Shown here one piece after another: positions 37,295 through 51,916 of a stretch of 64,000 nucleotides of DNA. The notes under the pieces were generated by a model. It was not told where the DNA came from and did not search any database. It saw nothing but the letters and a program-made list of their open reading frames with translations. The DNA comes from Blastocystis sp. Blastoise (lineage: Eukaryota; Protista; Bigyra: Opalinata), in the NCBI GenBank assembly GCA_039096225.1, contig JBBPEB010000004.1, positions 124,001 through 188,000 on the forward strand, read 5' to 3'. Made by a program: the position numbers and the translations under genes. Numbering within the stretch: the first letter of the stretch is position 1; the number at the start of each line of letters is the position of its first letter.

Positions 37295-38218
37295 ATGGCT
37301 AAAGAAGATAAATCTCAAAAGAAAAGTAAGGAAACTGTGGCTACTACAGAATCTACTGTACCTCAAGACTTAGCTATTAAACCTGAAAACAAGGAAGTCG
37401 CTCTCGATACTTCTGATTGGCCTCTTTTATTAAAGAACTATGATCAATTAAATGTTCGTAGTACTCATTATACTCCTATTCCCATGGGTAGTTCTCCTTT
37501 ATGCCGTAGTTTAAAGGAATATATTTCGTAAGTAGTTTTAATTAATTTAATTTTTTTTTGCTTGTTTTTTATTTAATTTAATTCTTTTTTGCTTGTTTTT
37601 TATTTAATTTATTTTTTTTGCTTCTTTTTTATTTAATTTATTTTTTTTGCTTCTTTTTTATTAAATTGTTTTCCTATATATTATTTCCTATTAATATGTT
37701 AAAAAAATCATATATGATAATATCTCATTATTGAAAATTGTTTTAAAACAAATAGAAATTATTTCTAATGTATATATAATATATTTATAGTTATGGTTTT
37801 ATTAATCTTGATAAGCCTGCTAATCCTTCTTCTCATGAAGTTGTTGCTTGGATTAAGCGTATTTTAAGATGTGAAAGAACAGGTCATAGTGGTACTCTGG
37901 ATCCTAAGGTTACTGGTTGTTTAGTTGTATGTATTGATCGTGCTACACGTCTTGTTAAGAGTCAACAAAGTGCTGGTAAAGAATACGTTTCTATTATTCG
38001 TTTACATGATGCTATTCAAGGAGAAGCTCAATTAAAACAAGCTCTTGAAAAATTAACAGGTGCTTTATTCCAACGTCCTCCTCTTATTGCTGCTGTTAAA
38101 CGTCAATTACGTATTCGTACTATTTATGAAAGTACTCTTATTGAATATGATCCTGAACAAAAACTTGGTATTTTCCATGTATATCTTTTTATGATGATGA
38201 TGATTATTATTATATGAA

Positions 38219-38292
<74 letters not shown>

Positions 38293-39843
38293 GAATATTA
38301 TTAATATTATTATTATTATTATTATTATATGAGATATTATTATTTGATAAATACTAATCTATATATATCTATTCTAGGTTAGTTGTCAAGCTGGTACTTA
38401 TATTCGTACTTTATGTGTCCATCTTGGTCTTCTCTTAGGTGTTGGTGGTCATATGCAAGAATTACGTCGTGTTCGTAGTGGTAATATGACTGAAAATGAT
38501 CATCTTGTTACTATGCATGATGTCATGGATGCTCAATGGCTTTATGATAATAGAAAGGTAAGCTTATTATATATATGATTTATATTATTATTATTTATAT
38601 ATTATTATTATTTAATTATTATTTATATTATTATTTATATATTATTATTTATATATTATTATTTATATATTATTATTTATATATTATTATTTATATATTA
38701 TTATTTATATATTATTATTTATATATTATTATTTATATATTATTATTATTTAATTATTATTTATATTATTCTGATTTATATTATATTATTTTTTTCTAAT
38801 ATATATTATGATATCTATAAATATATATATGATTTGATTATTTGTATAGGATGAAGGTTATCTTCGTCGTGTTGTTCGTCCTTTAGAATTACTTCTTATA
38901 AAACATAAGCGTATTGTTGTTAAGGATAGTGCTGTTAATGCTATTTGTTATGGTGCTAAACTTATGATTCCTGGTTTATTAAGATATGCTGATGGTATTG
39001 AAATTGGTGATGAAGTTGTTCTTATTACTACCAAGGGTGAAGCTATTGCTGTTGGTATTGCTCAAGTATATATTAGTTAACAATTTTTAAATATATATAT
39101 TTTTTATAATAAAACAATTTATTTTTTCATAAATATTTATGTATTATTTAATTGGTTCTCTACTTATATATCTATATATATATATAGATGACAACTGCTG
39201 TTATGGCTTCTTGTGATCATGGTATCGTCTGTAAACTCAAGAGAGTTATTATGGAAAGAGATACTTATCCTCGTAAATGGGGTCTTGGTCCTGTTGCTCA
39301 AAAGAAGAAGCAACTTATTCAACAAGGACTTCTTGATAAGGTATATACTATTGAATATCTATATTCTATGTGTTCTTTCTATTCTCTTCTTTTTTATTAT
39401 AATAATATTTTATAAACTATATAAATATATTATTCTACAGAATGGTAAGACTAACGATAAGACACCTACTGAATGGTATAAGATTCAACCTGTCCTTGAA
39501 GTATCTATTTATATCTATTATTATTTATATGTATTCTCTTTATAATAATATTATTATTTATATTATATACTATATACAAACATATATATGTTATATACAA
39601 TATATAAACTTATATTATATACAATATAATATATTTATATAGGAAGTTAAGCCTGTTGAAAAGAAGGAAGAAGAACCTAAGAAAGAAGAAGAACCTAAGA
39701 AAGAAGAAGAAAAGAAGGAAAAGAAGGAAAAGAAAGAAAAAAAAGAAAAGAAGGAAAAGAAGGAGAAAAAAGAAAAGAAAGAAAAGAAGAGTGAAAAACG
39801 TGTTCATGAAGATTCTGAAGATGAAGATAAGAAAGCTCATTAA
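37295..39843 (+). CDS. DKC1: Dyskerin / Cbf5 H/ACA pseudouridine synthase; multi-exon
   Basis: [58 protein letters not shown] domain, [20 protein letters not shown]-repeat tail, TAA at 39841. Confidence 0.96.
37543..37662 (+). repeat. Intronic ~30-bp minisatellite x4 (DKC1 intron 1)
   Basis: Unit AATTTA(A)TTTTTTTTGCTT(G/C)TTTTTTATTT repeated four times. Confidence 0.75.
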
Positions 39844-40327
39844 ATAATAATATCATCTTATTGATAAAGTCGAATTACACAATTTAAGCTTTTTATTTTA
39901 TTTTATTTTTGTTTGTTTTACTATTTGTATTCTTTCTTGTATTAATCATCATAATATCTCCATTATCCTATAAAGATTCTTGAATATATATTTTTTCTGC
40001 TTTTATATTGTATCTTTTTTTTAAATACACTTAATTTGGTATATATAGATATCTATTTCTTAATTAATTTGTTTTTTTATGTAGGCTATTTATAACATTA
40101 AAAACATTTTAGAGTTGCGTTGACTATTCAATTTAAATTATGTATCTAATTATTTAACTAGTGATAAAACAATATATTTAAACCAAATACATAATAATAT
40201 GAAAATAGTTAATAATAAATATGGATAAATTAAAAAAACAATGCTCCTATAGAAGAAGAAGAATTTGTTTATTGATTTTATATATAGCAGGATAATAATA
40301 TAAAATAATATTATTCCTTTGTATTCT

Positions 40328-40780
40328 TTAACCCATAAAATTAGTAGCAACTAAATATAAAAGAAGCATACAGAAAATATATTCTGCTAAAACACGATTA
40401 TCAGCAACATTCTTAAATTCTTCAGAAGTAATACCCATACGAAGACAAACTAAATAAGAAATAAGAAATAAATAATAATTATAAACAAATAAATAAAAAT
40501 AATTGTATTAAAAAGGAAATAATATAATATATAGATATAAAATATGATTTAAAGATATACCAGTTAATACACAAGATCCAATAGAAACGTATAATCCAGA
40601 TAAGAAGGAATTGAATGGGAAAGTACCTACTAAACCACAATAACAAACTTGAACAACTGCAATCACTAAGAAGAATATGATAAAACAATCGACTAATTTG
40701 ACTCTAGAACTCGTATCTTTAGTATATTTAGATAATGTTCCTTCAAGAAGTGTATCTATTTTTTCATAAAGAGAACTCAT
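40328..40780 (-). CDS. DAD1: Oligosaccharyltransferase subunit DAD1/OST2; two coding exons
   Basis: KLVD...QVCYCGLVGTFPFNSFLSG...VLT/VCLRM...RVLAEYIFC...NFMG then stop. Confidence 0.93.
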
Positions 40781-41685
40781 TTCACCTATACGATATTAAG
40801 AGTATTAACATATATATAATACTTGCTAAATACTAACAATAACTATGAAATTACAAATATTGTTTTGTATTCATGTAATTTTTCTTGTTTTCGAGATTTT
40901 TTTTTTCTTAAGACTATTTTGAGTTTTCACAGTAAAGTTACAAAATATTCATGATTATTCAATTCATACTTCTGTTTTTTATATTTTTATAATAAATTAA
41001 TTGATAAATGTATCATTGAAAAACGATACTATGTATTGTATAGATATGTATATATCTATCTATGTAGTATATCAAAATTACCATGATTAATGAAAATGTT
41101 TCAATTCAATATGTTTTATTTCAAGCGATTTCGTATTATTTATATTATATAAAATGCTAATAAAAAAGAAAAGTATATAATCTTCAATCATTTTGAGTAC
41201 ATTTCAGAATTGACACTCTACTCTAATTTATTTCTACAAAATTATGTTTTTACAGACTTTTAGATTTCATTATATTAACGAAAAACATATATAAAACTTA
41301 TTTCAAAGATATATAGAAAGTCAAACAAAATGTAGATTCTCTCTTAGCTAGAATAATAATTAATTGTCAACTAAGAAGAAATATGTATCAATAACATATG
41401 ATAATATTGAGTGATGTTGAGAATATGAGTATCTGACGTTTTTTTTATATCTTGCTTATTTTTATGTAGACTAATCTGTATAATTATAATACTATGGAAA
41501 TTGTTATTTAAAACATTATTACAAAGTAGATTCATTAGATACAAAAAGAAAACTAATAATAACGAAATTAAATTAAAATTTGGCTATTCATTCAAAGATT
41601 CCTATGTTTTTTTAATTTTTTTAGGAAAAGGGATTCTTTTCTAATTCATTTTAAACTGTATAGTAGATAGAGCTTATTTTTGAGA

Positions 41686-42278
41686 ATGAAGGCTGTAATT
41701 CTTTTGTACATCTTGTTTTTAGGATTTGCATTCTCAGAGAAACAAGAGACATTACTTTTCTATCCAACATCTACTAATGAATTTAAAATTGATCGTGATT
41801 TAGATGCTGACACAGCTTCTATAACTACTGAAGATGCTTATCGTTCAAAATATACTTTATCTGATAAGATTTCTCTTCAAGCTCCAAGTGTCTTAAAGGA
41901 ACTTATCGTTACATATTCTTCTACAAAGAATGATGTTGGTTTGTTTTCGTCGACAAAAATTCTTCGTGGATTACATCTTCGTATTAAATTTGAAAATCAA
42001 GTTTCCTTAACTGAGGTTTGTGACGTTTTAACGACTTTACTTCCTTGTGTTTCTTTTCTTCAATGTCCTGAACAACAAGTGGATGCTGCAAACAGCTTTG
42101 GTATTGTTAATTTTAATAATACAGTATGGACTACAGAAAATTATGTACCTGATGATTTTGATAAGTCTGTACGAATAAGTATATACTTTTATATTCTAGA
42201 AAATAGTTATTTTATTGTTTGTATAATTTATAACACTACATTTTGACTTGAAATTTGTTATTTATTGTTTACAAGTAT

Positions 42279-42309
<31 letters not shown>

Positions 42310-43778
42310 AGTGGATAAATCGTTGTTAACTATGGCAAATTTGATAGTCGAAGAATATACACTTCTTAATCATACTTCTACTTGTTTTTCATCTCTAAAT
42401 ACTAATTTCTTGACTTCCGCTAATGGGTAAATATATTATATTAGTATAATAAGTATAGTTTTTTTTGATCATATAATTTTAAATATTTAAAAAGAAAATT
42501 CAAAAATTATTATGTTTACATTATTATTATATTTGTCGTCTATATATACAATAATAAATAATTTTTTTTATGTAGTTTTCTTGGATATCATTCTTCCGAA
42601 AAAGCAAAGTTGAATCATTTCACTATTAGTTTTTCTCCAAAACAAGAAAATAACTTTTTCTTCGAAGATTGTTATACTGTATATATACTATTTGTGTTTT
42701 TAACATAATATATATAATATTTTTATTTTTAAAACAATATATATAATATTTTTATTTTTAAAACAATATATATACTATTTGTTTTTTAAATATATTATAT
42801 ATACTATTTGTTTTTAAATATAATATATATACTATTTGTATTTTAAAATTATAATAATATTTGTATTTAAATATAATATCTATAATATTTGTATTCTTAA
42901 CGTAATAAAATAATATATATATATATAGCTTGAAGGTCCTAGTACAGTCTCTCATATATCTCAATCATTAGCATCTCATGCTACTCGACATTTAGCTTTT
43001 TATAAACATTTGTCGGCTTCTCATAATCTTATTGATATAGAAAATAATTTCATTTCCAATGATCAAAGTCCTTAGTATATTATATTATTATTCTGTTTTT
43101 TTTTCTTCTTCTTCTTATTATTATGATTTTTATATTTTTATTCATTTATATGCGAATAATAATATACATAAATAATAAAATTATTATTTCTTAAACTGTA
43201 TATATATATATATAGTTCTTTATGGTCTGGATCTATAAAAACGGATATTTTCTCGACTAGACCTCCTGGTGGCTTACATAATTCATTATTTATTACTTTA
43301 CAATTACTTATTAAAGAAAATAAACTTATTGATCAATTCTCTGATTCTATTACTCATGTTGGGTTCCTTCTCTATCTTCCTAAAACAGCTTATGTTGATC
43401 TTGATGAATTAGATGTATATTTTATATATATTTACATTTTTTTAGTATTATTATTATTTTTTTTAAAAACTTTTAAAAATTTTCTTTAAATCTTTTTTTA
43501 AATCTTTTTAAATTTTTTGTTTAATTTTTTTTAAATCAAAATACATTAAAATCACTTTAAAAATTAATTTACATATTTTATTGTTAATATATACACTTTC
43601 TATATATATTTTCTAATTCATTTATATCTACATTATATATAAATAGAATTTACGTAATAAGTCTCGTTATCATATCAGTTATGTCGCTTATGAACGATTT
43701 ATAGATATTGAACGTCCTTCTTCTGCTTCTACTCCTCATCTTATATTTATATTTATGGATACTAACTATTTTAATGCG

Positions 43779-43809
<31 letters not shown>

Positions 43810-44398
43810 ATTATAATATATATATTCTAATACATATAAAACAACCTTATAAATGAAATTGATATAATTTAATGGATAATAACTTTAATTCTATCTATAA
43901 ATGTTTCTATAGTATTCACATATAATTATATAATATATATTCTATTTAGTAATTCAGAGATCCATATGGAAGGAACATTTATTATTCCTATTCATTTCCG
44001 TTATCAAGATCCTCATCCTACTGAAGCTTATCAAAAATCCTATATTATCTATCCTGGTGTCTTCCTTCATAATAACTTTATTGATCCTGTATGTATTGTC
44101 ATATTCTATTTTTAATTATCATTCATAATTTTTAATCTATATTTATTCATTAAATATATATATATATCTTTATTATTATTTTATCCAATTTTCATGGATA
44201 TTTGTATAGAATGAAACAAAATGGAGATCTGCTTCTTTCTTATATCTTAAAGATTCTTGTGTTGTCAAGGATGTTCCAGTTGGTAAACTGACTGATGGAA
44301 GAATTGTAGAAATATTCACTTTCCTCATTACTGGAGTTGCTACTTTATTTTTAGTTAAAGATATTTTCAAAAAATCAACAACACCTCTCGAAATCTAA
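41686..44398 (+). CDS. PIGX: PIG-X/PBN1-like GPI mannosyltransferase I subunit; multi-exon
   Basis: Signal peptide MKAVILLYILFLGFAFS. C-terminal GLH...LYLPKTAYVDLDEL...DIERPS...IPIHFRYQDP...DVPVG followed by a TM helix. Confidence 0.72.
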
Positions 44399-45253
44399 TC
44401 ATAAACATCATAGAATATTCTAAATATTTATATTCTTTATCTTTATGTATTCTGTGTATATATATTTAACTTTTTATCCTTTTTCTGTCATCTTTAATAT
44501 TTCTATTTATCATTGTGACATCTATACGGTCTCAAGTACCGTTTGAGCTGTATATGATCTTTTATTGTTGTTTTTTTTTTATCATCCATATATTTTTATG
44601 CATAAAATAAGAAATCTACATATATTTAAGATGAATGACTCTTATAGTATTGTGCCATATACAATAAATATCATTTTGAATCCATTATAAGCAATTATTA
44701 TGAATTAATTAGTAACTGTTTAAGTAGAAAAAATCTTATGATCAAGGTCAAGTTGATCTTCGTCAAGTTTTAAAGCATGAATATACATGAAAACAAATTT
44801 TAATAAGGCATAAAAGTCTAGAAACAATATTAACGTTATTCTGTCATGCACCAAAAAATTCTCAACCATTAGTTTTAGACAAATACAAATGATCTATTTG
44901 GCAAATCAAATCAACGTCTGAGTCACATTAATCAAAAAAAGAACCACAATCATATAACGACTATCTTTAGAAAATCTTGATTATTTTAAAAGAAATGGGT
45001 ATTCTATGATTAAAGTCCTAATAGACGTCTTCTGAAAGTAATGACGCAGTCAATAGTTATGTCCAGGTAGGTAAGGCAACTTTTGGCATATTTTGAGTCA
45101 TTTCATTGGATGAACATTAATTCTCGTCTATATCATTGGTGATCCAAGGTTTCAAACGTATTCTGTGACAACAAAGTTCCTTTCAGATCATATAAATTAA
45201 CAGGAGAATAGCATTACTCTAAGAATCAGTCATTTATTATTTATGTTTACAAA

Positions 45254-45785
45254 ATGTATAGACTTGTCGATTTTGTAAAAGTTTTATTATTCTGTACTGC
45301 GGTTTCTGCTTTGGTTTGTGAGAATGGTGAACAGGCTTTCACCATGGGTAGACAATATGATACTTCTCCTGGTGAAGAATACACTTATGTCACTGATATT
45401 GCAACAAGTGCATTAGAATATAGCAGTGTCAAATATTCAACATCTTACCTTAATACTGCTTTTAGTTGGTGTGGTGCCATTGGTATGAAGAATGTCACTC
45501 TTTATGATAGGTATTTATATATAGTTATTACCATATATTATTGTTTATTATTATTTATTTATTATTATTTTATTTTTTTTTTATTATTTTTATTTGTTAT
45601 TTTGTAATTATTCTTATTTATTTATTTATTTATTATTATTTTATTATTATTTTATTATTATTTTATTATTATTTATTTTATTATTTTATTATTATTTATT
45701 TTATTATTTTATTATTATTTATTTTATTATTTATTTTATTATTTATTTTATTATTTTATTATTTATTTATTTTATTATTTATTTT

Positions 45786-45833
<48 letters not shown>

Positions 45834-48800
45834 TTATTATTTTATTATTATTTTTATTTATTTAATTAATTAACTATAACTTATTTTTAAAAATAATTTA
45901 GTTATGGAGATGGTTGGGGTACTACTTCAAGACCATCTTGGGTTGATCTTTGGGTTGATGGTATTCATCTTCTTACAGATACTTTACCTTATAAATCAGG
46001 AAAAACTCAATATTCTAAAGAAGTCATGCTTTCTAGTATGTTTATATTTATGTTTTTTCAATATAGAAATTTTATACTTTATAAAATATTATAAGAAAAT
46101 ATCTACTATTATTTATATAGCTGTATTTGATAAACCTAAGGGTACGGAGTGGAGTTATACGGATACTCCTCAAAATGATCAAACTTGGACTACTAAAACT
46201 TTCTCTACTTCTGGTTGGTCTACTGCTAATGGTACAGCTTTCCCTTCTTCTACAACTACTACTCGTTATTATCGTACTCAAGTTACATATTCTGGAACTA
46301 GAGATGCTTTATCTACTCTTGGTGTTGTCATTCGTACCGATGCTGGCTATATATTATATGTTAATGGTGAAGAAGTCTATAGACAATCCTTACCTGCGTA
46401 TGCTTTTTTTTAATATATATTTAATTTTATTATCCTTTAAATTTTTTTATATTCATATTATTATATATATATTATAAATAGTACTGGTGTTACTGCTTCT
46501 ACTGCTTCTTTAGTTAGTCCTCTTACTGGAGAAGATATCATGAAAAGGTATTTACATATATATTTATAATTATACTTTTTTTTTTATATATAATATTTAA
46601 TATACTATTATAATAAATACTAATTTACATTATAGTTTTAATTTAAATAAATATTTTGTTCCTACTGATGGTGTTACTACTATTGCTGTTGAAGTTCATC
46701 AAAGTGCTACTACTACTACAGCTGCCGATATCTTTGATGGTGCTGTCAAATTTGTTACTCAAACTTCTCCTTTTACAAGAACTCAAGTTCTTCAAGCTGG
46801 TGAACCTGTTTGTAGTAAAAACCCTACTTCTACTTCTTATGCTTGTGTTTATATCTTTACGGATAAAGCCTCTAAATATTCTTATGTCTCTAATAGCGCT
46901 TGGCCTCAAACTATTACTTATTCCTTACCTAATGTGTATATATATCATAAAATAAGATTTATTATGATTCTATTATTATACAACAATATATATAAAATGT
47001 TTTTTTTCTTGTTAAAATAATGATAATTAGACTTAATTAATATATTGATATATAGCTTTGAATATGTGAATAGTTATCGAGTCATTAATCCTAGTTCTTC
47101 TACTTATGGTTATCCTACGAGTTGGATCTTAAAGGGAAGTAGAGATAATGGTAATACTTGGGAACTGATTGATACTCAAATCAATAATGGACCTACTAGT
47201 ACTTCTGCTGTTAAAACTTATAATGTTGCTAGTAATAAGTTCTCTTATAGTTCATTCCAATTTGAGCTTAGTATGTTTATTTATTCATTATGTTTTTATT
47301 CATGTTTTTTTTTTGTTTTAATTATTTTTATTAGAAAAAATATTTTATGCTTTGTTTTATTATTATTATACTATATAGCTGCTGCTACCAAGTCTTATGT
47401 TGCTCTTGGTGGTTTAGCTTTACAATATACTCAGATGGAATATATTGGTGATGGATTAGTATATCCTGAAACTAGTTATGAACATAATGTTAGTGATGCT
47501 GCTATTACTATTACTCCTGTCTCTAGTGGATTTAGTAGTTATACTTCTACTCCTCCTTTACCTGAAAATATTGATCTTGATGAAGATACAGGTGTTATTA
47601 ATTGCCATCCTTCTGAAAGTAGTTCGGGTACTTATGTTATTTCTGCCATTAACGGTGCTGGTGTTACAAAGACTTTCTCTATTACTTTTACTATTGTTGG
47701 TATATATATATTTATTATTATATTTATTTTAATTATATTTATTTTAATTATGTTTATTTTAATTATATTTATTTTAATTATATTTATTTTAATTATATTT
47801 ATTTTAATTATATTTATTTTAATTATATTTATTTTAATTATATTTATTTTAATTATATTTATTTTAATTATATTTATTTTAATTATATTTATTTTAATTA
47901 TATTTATTACCTATATATATACTATTTATCTATCCATATAGGTTGTGATCAACCTGAAAAAGCTCTTGTGACCTTTATTAAGACTTCCAAGTCTTATGCT
48001 TCTTATGAAAGTTATGAAGTCTATAATTCTGCTGGTACTCTTGTTCATACTGGTTCTGGTTTTACTTCTAGTGGTACTGTCTCTGCTACTTATTGTTTAC
48101 CTGCTGATACTTTATATCGTTTTGTATTAAAATCATCAACTCAAGTTACTTGGTATTCAGGTTCTAAACTTAGTGTTCAAATGGATTATGCTGGATCTAC
48201 TTTTATTATTGCTGAAATGGGTCATTCTGAAGGTGCTACTAGTGAATATTGGGTTAATATTCAAGCTAGTCTTTTACAAAAAGATGCTAATTGGCAATAT
48301 GCTATTGATTCTTTACCTACTGGTTGGGATACTAATAATGCTATTACTGGATTAAGTCCTCTTTCTTTTAGTTCTAAACCTGCTACTACTAGTGGTTTCT
48401 GGATTTTAAGAAATACTTTCAATTTCGGTACAAAAACTAATTATGAAGCTATTGAAATACATGTTTATCTTCGTGCTGGTTATGTCATTAATATTAATGG
48501 ACATGAATTATATAGATATGGTGTTAGTAATACCGATACAATTACTACTTCTACTAAATCAACATTAGGTAGTTCTAGTACTGCTTCTTGGAAAGTAGTT
48601 ACTGCTCCTATTCATTGGATTAATACTGGTTCTAACATTATTACTATTCTTTCTGTTCCTATGTCTGCTATGTCTATAACTAATGTTGATTTTAATGCTT
48701 TTATTATTCCTCTTGGTAAAGGTATTTCTGATTCTAGTAGATATTGGAGTGTTACTACTAGTTGTACTAGTGGTACTGCTAGTTATCTTTTTGATTATGT

Positions 48801-51237
48801 TGCTTATTCTGATTATTCGTATACAACAACTACTGTTGGTAAAGAAATTTATGGTATGGTTAATTTTGGTAGTACTCGTGCTGAATATATGAATAAACAA
48901 TGTATTCGTTCTTCTAATACTAATTTTGAATATGATCCTTCTGATTGGGGTGTATATGGTTATACTAGTAAAGCTACTTATGAATTAATTGGTAATGTAA
49001 CAAATGCTTATTTCTCTGCTAGAAGACAAATGAGATGTTTCTATTTCCCTCAAAATACTAAAGCTTATCAAGGATATCGTATTATGTTCTCTGAAAATGC
49101 TAAACCTACTACTACTACATATGGTTTTAAATTATCTGAAGTTCGTTTAACTATAGAAGATATTGATAGTATTACTATTCCTGAATTAGCACTTACTCCT
49201 AATTCTATTACTTCTTATAAAGGAATTGCATTCCCTGAAGTATCTTCTTCTTCTCCTTATTATAGTAATTTCCGTATTACTCCTGCTTTACAATTACCTT
49301 TAGAAATAGATACTTCTACTGGTTCTATTCGTGGTGTTCCTAATACTGTTATGCCTAAGACTAGATTTACTATTACTGCTACAGATGCTAAAGGTGTTGA
49401 TAAAACTACTACTCTTGATATAGAAATTACTTATTGTCTTCCTCCTAATATTCTTGTTGATATTGTTATTAAAGGTGATTATAATCCTATTCAACAAGGT
49501 TTTATTCTTAGTGATAATCTTGGTAATGTTGTTGCTCAACAAGTAGGTGTTTCTTATAATCAAGAATCTCATTATACTTATTGTGTTCCTGCTAATAGTT
49601 ATAATTTCACTATGACTGATACTGCTGGTAATGGTTGGACTGCTGGTTATGCTAAAATCTTCTTAGAAGATGGTACTCAAGTATTCCAAGGTGCTTTAGG
49701 TCCTAAAGATGCTGCTAAATCTTATCCTCTTTCTTTAGGTTTTGTTGTTCCTCCTCTTTATGGAGAATGGCAATATCTTAATTCTGGTATAGCTGCTCCT
49801 TCTAATTGGAATAGTATTAATTATGCAAATACATGGTCTACTTCTATGAATAAAGATTTCCCTGTTCCTATAGGTACTACTCAATATTATAGACGTGAAT
49901 TTGTTATTAATGATGCTTCTGTATATGCTTCTGCTGAAATTAATGTCAAATCTTCTTGTGGTTTTATTGCTTATATTAATGGATATGAAGTATATAGAAG
50001 TAATTTACCTGATACTGTTGATTCTAGTACTAATGCTATTGAAAAAGTAGATAATACTCAATTACGTTCTTCTACTTTACCTGTTATTCTTGGTAAATTA
50101 TTAAGTGGTAAGAATGTTATTGCTATTGAAGTTCATCAATGTAATTCTACTATTCCTGTTACTTCAAATGATTCTATTTTCTCTTTCTCTCTTATTGCTA
50201 ATGGTTCTTGGAGAGTTATGGATGGTGAAGGTTCTAGCGCTGGTACTACAAATACAAATAATCTTTTTGATAATTCTGTATATACCACTATGGGTGTCAC
50301 TGATTGTGTTGGCTATGAAATTCTTTATACTTATAATAATAATAGAAAAGAATATATTTCTTCTTATTCTTTAAGTAATATGGGTAATTGTAATGTTCGT
50401 ACTCCTACTAGTTGGACTTTATTTGCTTCTAATGATGGTGAGAAATGGGCTACTCTTGATACTCAAGTAGATCATGCTTTTACTGCTTATTATGAAACTT
50501 CTATTTTTGATATCTTTACTATAGAATCTTATAATATGTATAAGATTCGTATTGATGCTTGTGATGCTGTTCCTTTAGGTGGTATTGAAGATGATTCTAC
50601 TTGTTTAGATTCTAATTCTCAACTTGGATTACAATTATCTGATATTTCCTTCTATGCTAAGACTATTAAGGATGCTTGTTCTTCTACTCAAGGATATACT
50701 GGTGCTCTTAATAATACTTTTGCTTTTAAAGAATGTCCTACTTATTATAGTGGTCGTGTTATGGCTCTTTGTGTTAATGGTCAATTTGGTGTAGATACTG
50801 CTGAATGTACTCCTGATGCTCCTTATAAGATCGTTTATCCTTATACTAATATTCAATTAAATCCTAATACTGACTTCTCTTATACTCCTCAAGTTTATGG
50901 TGCTGAATATACTTGCTCTATTACTGGTGATTTAGTAGAAGGTATTTCTTTTGATACTCGTACTGGTACTCTTTCAGGTAAAGTCAACGATGTATTTGAA
51001 TATGTCTCTTATACTGTAAATTGTAAGAATCAATATGGTAGTACTACTACAGATGTCTATATCTCTTCTGTTAAGGGAAGTGGTATTGATACTATTTTAC
51101 TTATTATGATTATTGTCTTAGCTGTTCTTATTGTAGCTATTGTAATCTCTCTCTTAGTTAAATGTGAACCTACCAATAAAACTAAGAAACAAAATACAAA
51201 CAAGAATCCTTCTGAAAGAAAAGGTTTAAAGGTTTAA
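45254..51237 (+). CDS. Large type-I membrane surface protein with repeated jelly-roll (galactose-binding/discoidin-like) and He_PIG domains
   Basis: Signal peptide. Three units WxY...W...YYR/ILR...G(Y/F)xxxxNGxE(V/L)YR...N(V/I)IAIEVHQ. F5/8C-like PTSWxLxxSxDxxxWxxxDTQ. Three He_PIG units (LPENIDLDEDTG, LEIDTSTGSIRG, GISFDTRTGTLSG). TM ILLIMIIVLAVLIVAIVISLLV. Confidence 0.85.
47720..47905 (+). repeat. Intronic 15-bp minisatellite (ATATTTATTTTAATT)n
   Basis: About 12 near-perfect copies. They produce the spurious FILII run in the ORF track. Confidence 0.85.
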
Positions 51238-51916
51238 AAACTTTTATTTTTAATTAATAATAAATGATCTTTCTCATTAAATAGAATTAAATATTTTTTT
51301 TTAATATTTTTATATATTGTTTGTCTAGTTTTCTTTATCATAATAGTTCTTTCCTTTTATTTATAGTATGTATATGTTTTTAAATATTTTATATATATAT
51401 ATATATTTATTTACATATTCTTCTCATTTTTAAAAATAATATTTTACTTGTTTTTATTACATGTTATAGTTCGTTAAAGATATTACATCATTCTTTAAAC
51501 ATACTGTTATTTGGTTATTTTTTTTCTTAAAATCATGATTTTTAATTTTTGTTTCAATTTTCAATTTGTCTTGGTAGTCCTATATTAAGCTACGTATACT
51601 CTCTCAACAACGAAATGACAATCCTTTCAATAAGACAATCAAAAGAACGATGGCATATACATTTTTTGCCATTTTTAAGACTTTTATATATTGTAAAAGT
51701 ATAGTAACACTCATGATATCAAGAATGATTTGTTGTATGTATAATAAGACTTTATAATTATTTCGAAACATACGATTTAAAAAAAGAATTTCTTGTAAAT
51801 TTTGAAAAACTCTATTCCCAAGATTACTATCAAATGTAGAGTAATCTTTTGATTTTTGCAATGAATATTATTATTTATTTTGTTTTTTCTTAACTTGTTA
51901 TTATTTAAGTGAAAAG

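Noticed and set aside
38179-38849. Intronic snoRNAs in DKC1 (ATGATGA at ~38191, CTGA at ~38771)
   Set aside because: The boxes are in different introns and sit in simple repeats with no guide-like complexity.
39910-39917. TGTTTGTT after DKC1 as evidence of a poly(A)-created stop codon
   Set aside because: DKC1 has a genomic TAA at 39841; the motif may only be a 3' end signal or chance.
48565-50856. Antisense ORFs opposite the large surface gene and opposite CGT (32475-32792)
   Set aside because: Shadow ORFs caused by the strong T-ending codon bias.
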